Assembly (NCBI GenBank): GCA_002688105.1
Contig: NZBQ01000016.1
Location: forward strand, 30,851-94,850
DNA from: Dehalococcoidales bacterium
Lineage (GTDB): Bacteria > Chloroflexota > Dehalococcoidia > Dehalococcoidales > GCA-2688105
DNA: 64,000 nt
Direction of reading: 5' to 3'
The translations under genes and the position numbers were made by a program. The notes beneath the pieces are model-generated. The model saw only the letters and a list, made by a program, of their open reading frames with translations. It ran no database searches and was not told the DNA's origin. Of this stretch, positions 54,633 through 64,000 are shown one piece after another (the stretch's first letter is position 1; every line of letters begins with the position of its first letter).

Positions 54633-56492
54633 TTGACCCATCTCAATGACGATATACTGCATCAGGTTACCAAGCCCGCCCGTTATACCGGTGGCGAGTG
54701 GGACAGCGTAGTCAAAGACTGGGACAAAACCAATATCAGGATTGCCCTGGCTTACCCCGATTTATACGAAATAGGCATGTCCAACCTGGCCTTGCCTATC
54801 CTCTATGACCTGCTCAACCGCCAACCAGATGTTCTTGCCGAAAGGGTCTATGCCCCCTGGGTAGATATGGGAGCCGTAATGCAGACCAAGGGCATCCCCC
54901 TGTTTAGCCTTGAGTCCAGGCGCCCCCTAAAAGATTTTGATATTATTGGTTTCTCATTAGGCTATGAACTTACCTACACCAATGTACTGAATATGCTTCA
55001 CTTAGCCCAGATACCAGTCCTCGCCTCAGAGAGAGAAGATTGCCATCCCATAGTGATTGCCGGGGGCACCTGTGTTCTCAACCCGGAGCCTATGGCTGAC
55101 TTTATTGACTTCTCTGTCATCGGGGATGGTGAAGAGGTTTTGCTTGAACTACTTGATAGCTTCCGGGACTGGAAACGGCAGGGCAAGGGAGCCCCAAGAA
55201 AAGAGCTCTTCTGCCAGGTAGCTACTATCCCCGGCGTTTATGTGCCCGGCCTGTATCAAGTGGAATATAAGGCTGATGGTCTGTTCCAAAGCATTACCCC
55301 CACGGTAGCTCAGGCTAAATCCACCATTAAGCGGCGCATAGTAGACAAGCTCCCACCCCCGGTCACCAAACCGGTAGTCCCTTACACTGAGGTAATCCAT
55401 GACCGCGGGGCGATAGAGATTCAGCGTGGCTGCAGTCGTGGCTGCCGCTTTTGCCAAGCAGGAATCATATACCGTCCGGTGCGCGAGCGCCCCCAGGAAG
55501 AAGTGATACCGACAGTTGGGGAGCTTATTACCAACTGCGGCTATGACGAGGTCTCTTTAGTCTCACTAAGCACCAGCGACTACTCCCACATTGATGAGCT
55601 GGTAGCTAACCTCCTATCCCACCGCTATCGTCACCATAACCTCGCCCTGTCGCTACCCAGTATCCGTGTTGACAGCTCCTCCGTAAGGCTGGTGGACTCT
55701 CTCCCTTCCCGTAGAAAGACGGGACTCACCTTCGCCCCGGAGGCAGGCAGCGAAAGGCTACGGCAAATCATCAATAAGAGCATCCCTGAAGAGGAATTAC
55801 TGAAAACAGCGGCTACCGCCTTTGATAGAGGCTGGACAAACCTTAAGCTATATTTTATGCTCGGTTTGCCGGCAGAAACCACTGACGATATAGAGGGCAT
55901 TATCCAGTTAATAAACAAGGTCAACGCTCTAGGCAAAAAAACCAAAGGGAAAAGGCCCCAGATAAGGGTCAGCCTGACCACCTTTATCCCCAAACCACAT
56001 ACGCCTTTTCAGTGGGTAGCCCAGGAGGGGGAACCGGAGCTAAACTCCAAGCAAGAGCTTCTTAAACAGGGATTACACCGCAAAGGAATTAGGCTATCCT
56101 GGACAGACCCTAAAGTCAGCCAGCTGGAGGCGATACTCTCACGAGGGGATAGGCGACTAGGTAAGGTTATCTATCGTGCCTGGCAACTAGGCTCAACCTT
56201 TGATGCCTGGAGCGAACACTTTAACTATGAAAATTGGCTTCAGGCCTTTACGGAGGCTGGACTTGAGCCTGACTTCTACCATCAGCGGGAGCGCCCCATA
56301 GATGAACCCCTACCCTGGGCCCATATTGATGTGGGGGTAACCACAGCCTTCCTCAAGCGAGAATATAAGAAAGCTCTGGCCGGCAGAGAAACCCATGACT
56401 GCTGCTTTGAAGCCTGTAATGTCTGTGGACTAGAACGCTGGCAGCCACAGTGTCGGCAAAAGCACCAGGAACTCATTCAAAGCAAGCGATAG
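54633..56492 (+). CDS. Radical SAM protein, TIGR03960-like (B12-binding-like N-domain)
   Basis: [13 protein letters not shown]-terminus and [14 protein letters not shown] (CxxxCxxC). TTG start. Confidence 0.8.
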   Translation: MTHLNDDILHQVTKPARYTGGEWDSVVKDWDKTNIRIALAYPDLYEIGMSNLALPILYDLLNRQPDVLAERVYAPWVDMGAVMQTKGIPLFSLESRRPLKDFDIIGFSLGYELTYTNVLNMLHLAQIPVLASEREDCHPIVIAGGTCVLNPEPMADFIDFSVIGDGEEVLLELLDSFRDWKRQGKGAPRKELFCQVATIPGVYVPGLYQVEYKADGLFQSITPTVAQAKSTIKRRIVDKLPPPVTKPVVPYTEVIHDRGAIEIQRGCSRGCRFCQAGIIYRPVRERPQEEVIPTVGELITNCGYDEVSLVSLSTSDYSHIDELVANLLSHRYRHHNLALSLPSIRVDSSSVRLVDSLPSRRKTGLTFAPEAGSERLRQIINKSIPEEELLKTAATAFDRGWTNLKLYFMLGLPAETTDDIEGIIQLINKVNALGKKTKGKRPQIRVSLTTFIPKPHTPFQWVAQEGEPELNSKQELLKQGLHRKGIRLSWTDPKVSQLEAILSRGDRRLGKVIYRAWQLGSTFDAWSEHFNYENWLQAFTEAGLEPDFYHQRERPIDEPLPWAHIDVGVTTAFLKREYKKALAGRETHDCCFEACNVCGLERWQPQCRQKHQELIQSKR

Positions 56493-58911
56493 CCACTACC
56501 CCATCACCCTCAGCAAGTCTCATCAGCCTCACCCCCTGAGTGCTCCTGCCCTGAATGCTAATCCCCTTTGTGGGGTCTTTTTCCTTCACCGGGGTGCGGG
56601 TAATGATGCCATCAGCCGATACAATCATTAGCTGCTGAGTTTTAGAAACCACCTTGGCAGCCACCACCCCGTCCGTTTTTTCAATAAGCTTAAAGGTCCT
56701 TACTCCACTGCCAGCACGATGCTGTCGTGGATAGTCGCTAACCGGGGTGAGCTTACCAAAGCCCCCTGAAGTAACTACTAAAATGAAGGCATCCGGGGAG
56801 CTAATATCCATACTGACTACCTGATCATCAGACGCCAGGCGGATACCACACACCCCGCCACTGGTTCTGGAACTAGCCCTTAACTCAGACACGATGAATC
56901 TGATTGACTGCCCTCTCTGGGTCACCAATATGACATCATCCTGGTCGACGGCTAAACCGGCTGCCACCAACTCATCGCCCTCCTCCAAGTCCATGGCAAT
57001 AAGACCGCTACTTCGCACTACGGCAAACTTATCCACCGCCGTCTTTTTTATCTCCCCGCGGCAAGTAGCCATCATTAAGTAGGCGCCAGGCCCAAAATCA
57101 GCCACGGCCACCATAGCCGTGACCCTCTCATCCTCAGCCACCGGGAAAAGATTAATCAGCGCCGTCCCTTTAGCCAGCCGGGAGCTATCGGGTGGGATTT
57201 CATAACACTTAAGGCGGAACACCTTACCCCGGCTGGTGAAGAACAGCAGGTTATCATGGGTATCAGTTACCACCAGGAGTCTGGCGGCGTCTCTCTCCCT
57301 GGTGGTCATGCCAATAATACCCCTGCCCCCTCGGTGCTGCAGCTTGTAAGCCTGTGAGAGAACCCGTTTAACAAAACCTCTATTGGTGACAGTCACCACT
57401 ACCCTTTGATGGGGGATAAGGTCTTCCTCATGAAATTCCATCATCTCTTGCTCACTTATCTCGGTTCGCCGTGGGTCGCCATATTTTGACTTCAGTTTCT
57501 CCACTTCTTCCTTTACCAGTAATAGAATCCTCCGGCGACTTGCCAGCAGGCCTTCCAAATAGGCTATGGTTTTGACTACCTCGGCATACTCATCATATAT
57601 CTTACGCCGCTCTAAATTAGCCAGCCGGCGTAACTGCATATCAAGAATGGCCTGCGCTTGGGCCTGGGATAGACCAAAGCCAGTCATGAGGTTCCGGCGA
57701 GCCGCCTCAGCCGTTTCCGATTTTCGGATAGTAGCAATCGCCTTATCTATATTATCCAGAGCAATTTTAAAACCTTCCAGAATATGAGCCCTCGCCTTAG
57801 CCGCTTTCAGCTCAAACCGGGAACGCCGAGTAACCACCTCACGGCGAAAATCTATATAATACTGAAGTGCCTCTTTAAGGCTAATTACCCTGGGCTGACC
57901 ATCAACCAGAGCCAACATGTTAATGAAGAAAGCCGACTGCATTGAGGTATATTTATACAGGTTATTGAGCACCTGCCTCGGCTGAGCTTCGCTCCTTAGC
58001 TCAATGACAACGCGCATACCCTGACGGTCAGACTCATCACGCAGCTCACTGATACCACCAATCTTCTTCTCCCTGACCAGTTCGGCTATCTTCTCCACCA
58101 GAGCCGCCTTGTTCGTCTGATAAGGAAGCTCAGTAATCATAATTCGATGGGGACCATCTCCCGAAGCGTCTCCCAGATGAGCCTTGGCTCTAACTACTAC
58201 CCGGCCGTGTCCGGTAGCATAGGCGCTCTTAATCCCCTCCCGTCCCAGGATAATGCCGGCGGTGGGAAAATCAGGGCCTTTAACAAACTGGATAAGCTCG
58301 TCAACGGTGGCTTTAGGATTATCAATAAGATAAGAGATAGCTTCGCAGACCTCGCCCAGGTTGTGAGGGGGAATATTGGTTGCCATTCCCACTGCAATTC
58401 CAGCACTACCATTAAGCAATAGATTGGGGAACCGAGTGGGCAGAACCACCGGCTCCTGAAGGCTATCATCAAAGTTAGGCATAAAGCTGACCGTATCCTT
58501 ATCAATGTCAAGCAACATCTGTTCAGCAATGGACGCCAGACGAGCCTCGGTATAGCGCATCGCTGCCGGAGGGTCATTATCTACACTGCCAAAGTTGCCC
58601 TGCCCATCAATCAAAACATACCGCATAGAGAAATCCTGTGCCATGCGCACCATTGCATCGTAAACAGAGGTGTCGCCATGAGGGTGATACTTACCTAACA
58701 CCTCACCAACAATACGAGCACTCTTCTTATGAGCGCTGGCATGAGTTATCCCCATACCATTCATGGCATAAAGAATACGCCGATGCACCGGCTTTAACCC
58801 ATCCCGCACATCGGGCAAAGCCCGAGAAACGATAACGCTCATCGCATAGTCAAGATAAGAGCTCCTCATCTCATCTTCTACGTTTACCGGCTTCACTTTA
58901 CCTAAAACCAT
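56473..58911 (-). CDS. gyrA: DNA gyrase subunit A
   Basis: 812 aa with the active-site [10 protein letters not shown], a QRDR-like region ([11 protein letters not shown]), and a C-terminal beta-pinwheel. Confidence 0.97.
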   Translation of the reverse strand: MVLGKVKPVNVEDEMRSSYLDYAMSVIVSRALPDVRDGLKPVHRRILYAMNGMGITHASAHKKSARIVGEVLGKYHPHGDTSVYDAMVRMAQDFSMRYVLIDGQGNFGSVDNDPPAAMRYTEARLASIAEQMLLDIDKDTVSFMPNFDDSLQEPVVLPTRFPNLLLNGSAGIAVGMATNIPPHNLGEVCEAISYLIDNPKATVDELIQFVKGPDFPTAGIILGREGIKSAYATGHGRVVVRAKAHLGDASGDGPHRIMITELPYQTNKAALVEKIAELVREKKIGGISELRDESDRQGMRVVIELRSEAQPRQVLNNLYKYTSMQSAFFINMLALVDGQPRVISLKEALQYYIDFRREVVTRRSRFELKAAKARAHILEGFKIALDNIDKAIATIRKSETAEAARRNLMTGFGLSQAQAQAILDMQLRRLANLERRKIYDEYAEVVKTIAYLEGLLASRRRILLLVKEEVEKLKSKYGDPRRTEISEQEMMEFHEEDLIPHQRVVVTVTNRGFVKRVLSQAYKLQHRGGRGIIGMTTRERDAARLLVVTDTHDNLLFFTSRGKVFRLKCYEIPPDSSRLAKGTALINLFPVAEDERVTAMVAVADFGPGAYLMMATCRGEIKKTAVDKFAVVRSSGLIAMDLEEGDELVAAGLAVDQDDVILVTQRGQSIRFIVSELRASSRTSGGVCGIRLASDDQVVSMDISSPDAFILVVTSGGFGKLTPVSDYPRQHRAGSGVRTFKLIEKTDGVVAAKVVSKTQQLMIVSADGIITRTPVKEKDPTKGISIQGRSTQGVRLMRLAEGDGVVAIACFE

Positions 58912-58926
58912 ATCCAGCTAAACCTC

Positions 58927-59739
58927 CTATTCCTCATTATCCTGCTTATAATCGTCGCTAGGTTCCCTAGGCAATAATTCTACCCCATCTTCACTTATAA
59001 TAGTATAGCCAACCTCTTCCATCACTCCCTCCGCTTCTTCCCTCTCTCGCCTAAATATTCTATCACTAACTTGCGGACGAGCCCCCTCTAAACCCCTTGA
59101 AGGAAATGAGAGGCGTCCCGCCTGACCGGGGTCCTGATACTCCTCCTTAATAATAATAACCATCATATCATCGGTCGAGCGGATGATAGCCGCAATATAC
59201 TCATTGCCCCCCCACATTAATCTAACCAGTCGCTGCCCATGCTTGGGTTCGACCTGCCCCAGATACTCTCCACAGCCGTTCTTAGCGATTAAATTAGACC
59301 CATCTATCTCCAAATATACCTTATCGCCAGCCACCATTCTAACCAGCACCTCTGGGGGAGCCAAGCGGTAAAGGTTAACTATCCCAGCCTTACCCGTTTC
59401 CTCGATAAAATGCTGAGGTTCTACCTTCTGGGATTTACCCTCTGAACCAACCTCCGCTCCCTCTAAACGGGATAAACGCTGAAGATTCTTCTGGGCAATG
59501 ACGCTATAAGGGTCGAGTTCTATAGCCCGGTGGTAGGCTTCCTTGGACCGGGAATACTCTCCCAGCTCCATATAGGCTCTACCCAAACGATTATAGGCAT
59601 CGACATCGTTAGGAAAGCTCTCTACTAAACTCTTATTAGCCGCTACCGCCTCCTGCCACCGACCCTGCATAGCTAAGGCTATAGCCTCTTTACTGCGCTG
59701 TCTTATTAATCTTGCCTGTTCCTCTTCCTGGTATACCAT
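58927..59739 (-). CDS. TPR-repeat protein with an uncharacterised C-terminal domain
   Basis: Two to three TPR units (AYNRLGRAYMELGEY..A...Y..AIELDP), 270 aa. Confidence 0.55.
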   Translation of the reverse strand: MVYQEEEQARLIRQRSKEAIALAMQGRWQEAVAANKSLVESFPNDVDAYNRLGRAYMELGEYSRSKEAYHRAIELDPYSVIAQKNLQRLSRLEGAEVGSEGKSQKVEPQHFIEETGKAGIVNLYRLAPPEVLVRMVAGDKVYLEIDGSNLIAKNGCGEYLGQVEPKHGQRLVRLMWGGNEYIAAIIRSTDDMMVIIIKEEYQDPGQAGRLSFPSRGLEGARPQVSDRIFRREREEAEGVMEEVGYTIISEDGVELLPREPSDDYKQDNEE

Positions 59740-59762
59740 CCTCTATACCATCCACAATTAAT

Positions 59763-60983
59763 CTATTCAGGTATTTCCAGTTCCAACGCCCGGTGCAAGG
59801 CACGAACCGCCTTCTTAACCTCGGTGTCACTGATGATGCAGGTTATCCTTATCTCTGAGGTAGTAATAAGCTGGATATTTATGTCCAGCTCACTGAGTGC
59901 CCCAAACATCCTGGCCGCATAGCCGGGGGTATTCTGCATGCCGGTGCCAATAATACTAATCTTGCCTAATCTGGAATCGCTGACGCATTCTCTGGCACCA
60001 ATTGACTTGGCGATGGGTTCCACTACCTCCATTGCCTTGGTCAAGTCGCTTTTAGCCACGGTAAAGGTCAGGTCAGTAATATTATCAATACTGGCGTTCT
60101 GAACAATGGTATCTACACTGACACCGGCTCTAGCTAACGGTTGGAAAATTGCCGCCGAAATGCCCGGCCGGTCAGGAACGCCAACCATGGTAACCTTAGC
60201 CACATCAAGGTCATGAGCTATACCCCTCACCTTATTTCGCACTTCCATAGACGCCCCTCCATGAATTAATGTTCCCGGACTTTGAGTAAAGCTGGAGGCT
60301 ACTAGGATAGGAATATTAAATAGTGCTCCCAGCTCAACCGCCCGATTGTGCATCACCCCAGCCCCATAGCTAGCCATCTCCAGCATTTCATCGTAGCCAA
60401 TCTCGGCGAGCTTCTGGGCTTCAGGTACCAGGCGCGGGTCGGCAGTATAGACACCCTCAACATCCGTATATATCTGGCATATCTCAGCCCCCAGGCTAGC
60501 CGACAGAGCCACCGCCGTAGTATCGGAACCACCCCGCCCCAGGGTGGTTATATCCATCTCATCGGTAATACCCTGGAAGCCAGCCACAATACCAATATTC
60601 CCCTTCTCCAGCTCCCTGACCACCCGCTTGGATTCAACCGCTAGAATTCGAGCCTGACTATAAGTGGCATCAGTCCGTATACCCGCCTGAGCACCGCTCA
60701 GGCTAATCGCCTCATACCCCATATTCTTGAGCGCCATGGCCAGCAAAGCCATAGACATTTGCTCACCGGTGGAGAGCAGGGCATCGAACTCCCGCAAGTC
60801 AGGACGGTCGGTAATCTCCAAAGCCTTCCCAATTAAATAATTGGTGGTATCCCCCATCGCCGAGACCACCACCACCACCTGCTTACCCTCATCTCTGGTG
60901 GCAGCTATGCGCTGAGCTACATTCTTAATCTTCCCCGCATCCGCCACCGATGAGCCGCCATATTTTTGCACGATTAAAGCCAC
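59763..60983 (-). CDS. Aspartate kinase (monofunctional, ACT-domain C-terminus)
   Basis: [22 protein letters not shown], and tandem ACT domains. Confidence 0.9.
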   Translation of the reverse strand: MALIVQKYGGSSVADAGKIKNVAQRIAATRDEGKQVVVVVSAMGDTTNYLIGKALEITDRPDLREFDALLSTGEQMSMALLAMALKNMGYEAISLSGAQAGIRTDATYSQARILAVESKRVVRELEKGNIGIVAGFQGITDEMDITTLGRGGSDTTAVALSASLGAEICQIYTDVEGVYTADPRLVPEAQKLAEIGYDEMLEMASYGAGVMHNRAVELGALFNIPILVASSFTQSPGTLIHGGASMEVRNKVRGIAHDLDVAKVTMVGVPDRPGISAAIFQPLARAGVSVDTIVQNASIDNITDLTFTVAKSDLTKAMEVVEPIAKSIGARECVSDSRLGKISIIGTGMQNTPGYAARMFGALSELDINIQLITTSEIRITCIISDTEVKKAVRALHRALELEIPE

Positions 60984-60990
60984 TTACTTC

Positions 60991-62178
60991 CTAACCCCTT
61001 ATCAGTTGGCTCATAATATTATAACCCGGGTCAATAAACAAGCCCGTTTTGGCTGCCTCGGACTCGGTAAATCTCCTGGCTCCGTTAGCGGTAAATCCGG
61101 CTCCCCACAGCATAAAAGGCACCGGCTCATCATTATGAGTATAAAGCTGAATCGGGGTGGGGTGGTCGGGCATAACCAGTACCCGAAAGGAATCACCTCG
61201 CCAGGAGTGGAGCTGGCTGATAATCTCCCGGTCTACCCTCTGGATAGCCTCTACCTTAGCATCAATTAAGCCAGCATGACCGGCTTCATCGGCCGCCTCA
61301 ATATGGATGACCACCAAATCATGTTCTTGAAGTGCCGCCAAGGCCCCGGCTGCCTGTGCGGTGAAATCATTATCCAGTCCGTCGGTTACTCCCGGTATAT
61401 CCAGTACTGTCATCCCCATCATTTGAGCCAAGCCCCGAAGAACATCCACCGCAGATGTCATCGCCGCGCTGAGCCCATAAACCTGCTTGAAAGCTGGCAG
61501 GTCAGGCACCGGGCCGCTGCTCCAGAAAAGCCATATCATATTTGCTGGCTTATCGCCACGAGCCCTCCGCTTTATGTTCACCGGGTGGTCCCGAAGCACA
61601 GCCGCTGAACGTAATATCAGGTCTCGTAACAGCTCGCTTCCCGGGCCGGTGGGCAGAAACTCATCAATCGACTCGCCATGGATATCGGTCGTTTGAGTGC
61701 AAGTGGCCAGCAGTGTATCCTCCCGCCCCCTGATTTTACAGATATGTCGGTAGCTGACGCCGGGATAAAAGTGGATGTCATCATTACCCAGTTTTTCATT
61801 TAAAACTGCAATAAGCTGGTGGGTCTCCTCAGTACTGATATGTCCGGCACTGTAGTCCATTAACTTTCCATCTACAACCGTCACTAAACTGCAACGGAAA
61901 GCGGCCTCTCCTTCATCAATAGTAACCCCCATACTCCTGGCTTCTATCGCCGCCCGACCCCGGTGGTGGACCTCCGGGTCGTAACCAAGCACTGCCAGAC
62001 AGGCGTTGCCGCTAGATGGTTCCATCCCCGGTGGCACGGTACGGGCAATCCCGAGAGTGCCTTCTTCAGCCATAGCCTCCAGGTTTGGAGTATGGGCAAG
62101 CTCCAGGCAGGTCTGACCGTCCCGCTCAGGCAGCGGCAAACCGGCAGCACCGTCAATGATCAGAACACAATACTTCAT
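60991..62178 (-). CDS. Cofactor-independent phosphoglycerate mutase homolog (archaeal ApgM type; proposed homoserine kinase family)
   Basis: MKYCVLIIDGAAGLP...TPNLEAMA, and DEAGHAG metal-site context. Confidence 0.8.
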   Translation of the reverse strand: MKYCVLIIDGAAGLPLPERDGQTCLELAHTPNLEAMAEEGTLGIARTVPPGMEPSSGNACLAVLGYDPEVHHRGRAAIEARSMGVTIDEGEAAFRCSLVTVVDGKLMDYSAGHISTEETHQLIAVLNEKLGNDDIHFYPGVSYRHICKIRGREDTLLATCTQTTDIHGESIDEFLPTGPGSELLRDLILRSAAVLRDHPVNIKRRARGDKPANMIWLFWSSGPVPDLPAFKQVYGLSAAMTSAVDVLRGLAQMMGMTVLDIPGVTDGLDNDFTAQAAGALAALQEHDLVVIHIEAADEAGHAGLIDAKVEAIQRVDREIISQLHSWRGDSFRVLVMPDHPTPIQLYTHNDEPVPFMLWGAGFTANGARRFTESEAAKTGLFIDPGYNIMSQLIRG

Positions 62179-62229
62179 TTAGTCATCCGTCCTTGCTTAA
62201 GAAGTAAAATCCACCTATAATATCGTTAT

Positions 62230-62307
62230 CGGGGCGTAGCGCAGTTTGGTTAGCGCGCCGCGTTCGGGACGCGGAGGTCGGCGGTTCAAATCCGCCCGCC
62301 CCGACCA
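62230..62307 (+). tRNA. tRNA-Pro (CGG), CCA encoded
   Basis: The acceptor is CGGGGCG/CGCCCCG, the anticodon arm is CCGCG-TTCGGGA-CGCGG, and the T arm is GGCGG-TTCAAAT-CCGCC. Confidence 0.9.
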
Positions 62308-62313
62308 ATGGCT

Positions 62314-63135
62314 TCAGCCCCCTACCTCCTTCTTGGCCTCTTCCCACAGGGTATTTTGCTCGTCAAAAGAAAGCTTTCCCAGGTTAATGCCACGCTGGCG
62401 GCAGACCCCCTCCATATGAGTGAAGCGACAGTAAAACCGCTGGTTTGCCTGCCTCAGCGCCGCCTCCAAATCAATCCCCAGCCGGCGAGCAATGTTAGCC
62501 AGGGTAAATAACAAATCGCCAAATTCCTGGGCTCTCCGCTCCTGGCTATCGGCTTGCTTAAACTCTTTAACCTCCTCAGCCAGCTTATCAATAACGCCGT
62601 CAATATCTTCCCAATCAAAGCCAATCTGTGCCACCCGACGCTGAATCTCCTGACTGTAGCTTAAGGCGGGCATATGCTCAGGCACACTGGCCAGCATAGA
62701 GATATCAGTCCCCCTCTCTTTCTCCTTAAGCGTCTCCCAGTTAAACAGCACCTCATCAACATCCTTCACCTCCACGGAGCCAAAGACATGGGGGTGGCGA
62801 CGAATCAGCTTGTTATTGATGCTACTTATCACATCGCCCACCTCAAATTCACCAGCTTCAGCGGCAATCTGGCTATGGAGAGCCACCTGCATCAGCAGGT
62901 CGCCCAGCTCTTCACAAAGCTTCTCTGAATCCCCTTCATCAAGGGAGTGTAATGCCTCATAACACTCTTCCAGCAGGTTTTCCCGTAGCGAGGCATGGGT
63001 CTGTTTCCTGTCCCAGGGACAGCCACCAGGGGCTCTGAGCCTGGCGACAATGTCAACCAAGGTAGCAAACTGATTTAGATTCTGAGGCAAAGACAAAACA
63101 ACCTCCTTAACCGTCCCTAAAAGATTATTATACAA
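62314..63135 (-). CDS. mazG: Nucleoside triphosphate pyrophosphohydrolase MazG
   Basis: CPWDRKQTH and two EExxE-type MazG repeats (EELGDLL, QEFGDLLF). Confidence 0.88.
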   Translation of the reverse strand: MYNNLLGTVKEVVLSLPQNLNQFATLVDIVARLRAPGGCPWDRKQTHASLRENLLEECYEALHSLDEGDSEKLCEELGDLLMQVALHSQIAAEAGEFEVGDVISSINNKLIRRHPHVFGSVEVKDVDEVLFNWETLKEKERGTDISMLASVPEHMPALSYSQEIQRRVAQIGFDWEDIDGVIDKLAEEVKEFKQADSQERRAQEFGDLLFTLANIARRLGIDLEAALRQANQRFYCRFTHMEGVCRQRGINLGKLSFDEQNTLWEEAKKEVGG

Positions 63136-63164
63136 GAATGAGAAAATATAACAAAAGCCAGCTT

Positions 63165-64000
63165 TTAAGTCAAGGGCAATATCGAGCCGATAAACTGCCT
63201 CTGCCCTCTTAAAAACTCGGCAGATGGCATAGCCCGCTTCCCCTCCAGTTGAACCTTTAATACCCCCAAAATCCCGTCCCCCGCCCCAATGCCAAAGGCG
63301 ACCTCTGTCCCCTCCATGCCCACTACCTGCCCTGCCTCACGGGCTTTTCCCCGGGGAAGTGGCTCAGCCTCAATAATTTTAAGCTGCTTCCCGCGCCATC
63401 GGGTAAAACACCCCGGCCAGGGGTAGTAAGCACGCACCCGCCGCCATATGTCCACCGCCGACATCTGCCAGTCAATCTCACCCTCTCCCTTAGAGATAGT
63501 AGCCGAATAGGTAGCTTCAGCTTCATTCTGAGGCTGGGGAGTAATCTCACCCCTTGACCAACGAGGTAAGACATCAAGAAGCATCTGCGCCCCTAACAAG
63601 GACAACTTCCGGGTAAGCGAGCCGGTAGTATCCTGACGGGAAATTGGAATCTGCGCCCTGGATAATACCGGTCCGGTATCCAGACCCTTATCCATCGACA
63701 TGACACTTACCCCAGTAAACTCATCGCCAGCCAGAATAGCGGCTGCCACCGGCGAGGCACCACGAAACCTGGGCAGCAGAGACGGATGAATATTAATACA
63801 CCCGTAGCTGGGGATATCTAAAATTGACTGCGGCAGAATTTGACCAAAGGCAGCCACCGCAATAACATCGGGATGAAAGCCAGCCAGCTGTTCCGCTACT
63901 GCCGCCCCCTTCAAACTAACCGGCTGCACCACGGGCAGCTTCCAAGCCAGTGTTGCCTTTTTTACCGGTGAGGCAGCCAGGGAACGTCCCCTGCCTACCG
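63165..64000 (-). CDS. fmt: Methionyl-tRNA formyltransferase (5' end outside window)
   Basis: The frame stays open to base 64000 (..VGRGRSLAASPVKKATLAWKLPVVQP..). It contains INIHPSLLPRFRGASP. Confidence 0.9.
   Translation of the reverse strand, partial: VGRGRSLAASPVKKATLAWKLPVVQPVSLKGAAVAEQLAGFHPDVIAVAAFGQILPQSILDIPSYGCINIHPSLLPRFRGASPVAAAILAGDEFTGVSVMSMDKGLDTGPVLSRAQIPISRQDTTGSLTRKLSLLGAQMLLDVLPRWSRGEITPQPQNEAEATYSATISKGEGEIDWQMSAVDIWRRVRAYYPWPGCFTRWRGKQLKIIEAEPLPRGKAREAGQVVGMEGTEVAFGIGAGDGILGVLKVQLEGKRAMPSAEFLRGQRQFIGSILPLT

Noticed and set aside
56473-58911. Intein or insertion in gyrA
   Set aside because: The length of 812 aa and the continuous homology show no extra domain.

Overview
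The window looks like a bacterial chromosome segment of about 50% GC by eye. Gene content (DUF5679, a T-box on ileS, a TIGR02535-like apgM next to aspartokinase) suggests Chloroflexota, but that is inference only. Most of it is housekeeping: nadB/nadC, dtd, folC, pyrF, dinB, groES/groEL with a perfect CIRCE, T-box-controlled ileS, htrA-like, fabF, pepA, gyrA, aspartokinase, mazG, fmt, and three tRNAs (Cys-GCA, Leu-UAA, Pro-CGG). The main accessory feature is a region of about 16 kb (11.1-27.5 kb) that is visibly more AT-rich. It starts directly after tRNA-Leu with a broken tyrosine integrase. It ends at a 3' fragment of tRNA-Lys(UUU) that sits inside a 611-bp relic bounded by inverted repeats. 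Its cargo is one plus-strand cluster: a tandemly duplicated promoter, a crotonase-fold protein, the FAD and 2Fe-2S subunits of a xanthine-oxidase-family molybdenum hydroxylase, a tryptophanase gene that starts 2 nt after the 2Fe-2S subunit's stop codon, the Mo large subunit, a five-gene Liv-type ABC importer and CoxG. ACT, phosphate acyltransferase and adenine-deaminase-like genes follow on the opposite strand. I propose this cluster as a candidate, uncharacterised tryptophan-to-indole-to-hydroxylated-indole (anaerobic N-heterocycle) catabolic module. Other observations are: a dispersed ~45-bp IS-type terminal repeat at four loci, three of them next to gene truncations or a rearrangement scar (trpB2-like, DUF4411 and MBL-fold gene ends); an IS3 remnant truncating comF; a three-copy composite hairpin (REP-like) element; a nickel module (Fur-family, CooT, NiCoT) with a shared operator-like palindrome; a USP gene whose only plausible start is ATA; and a decaying DegV paralog. 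No CRISPR array, rRNA or intact transposase was seen. All homology calls come from reading translations and remembered family motifs. No database search or numerical composition analysis was possible.
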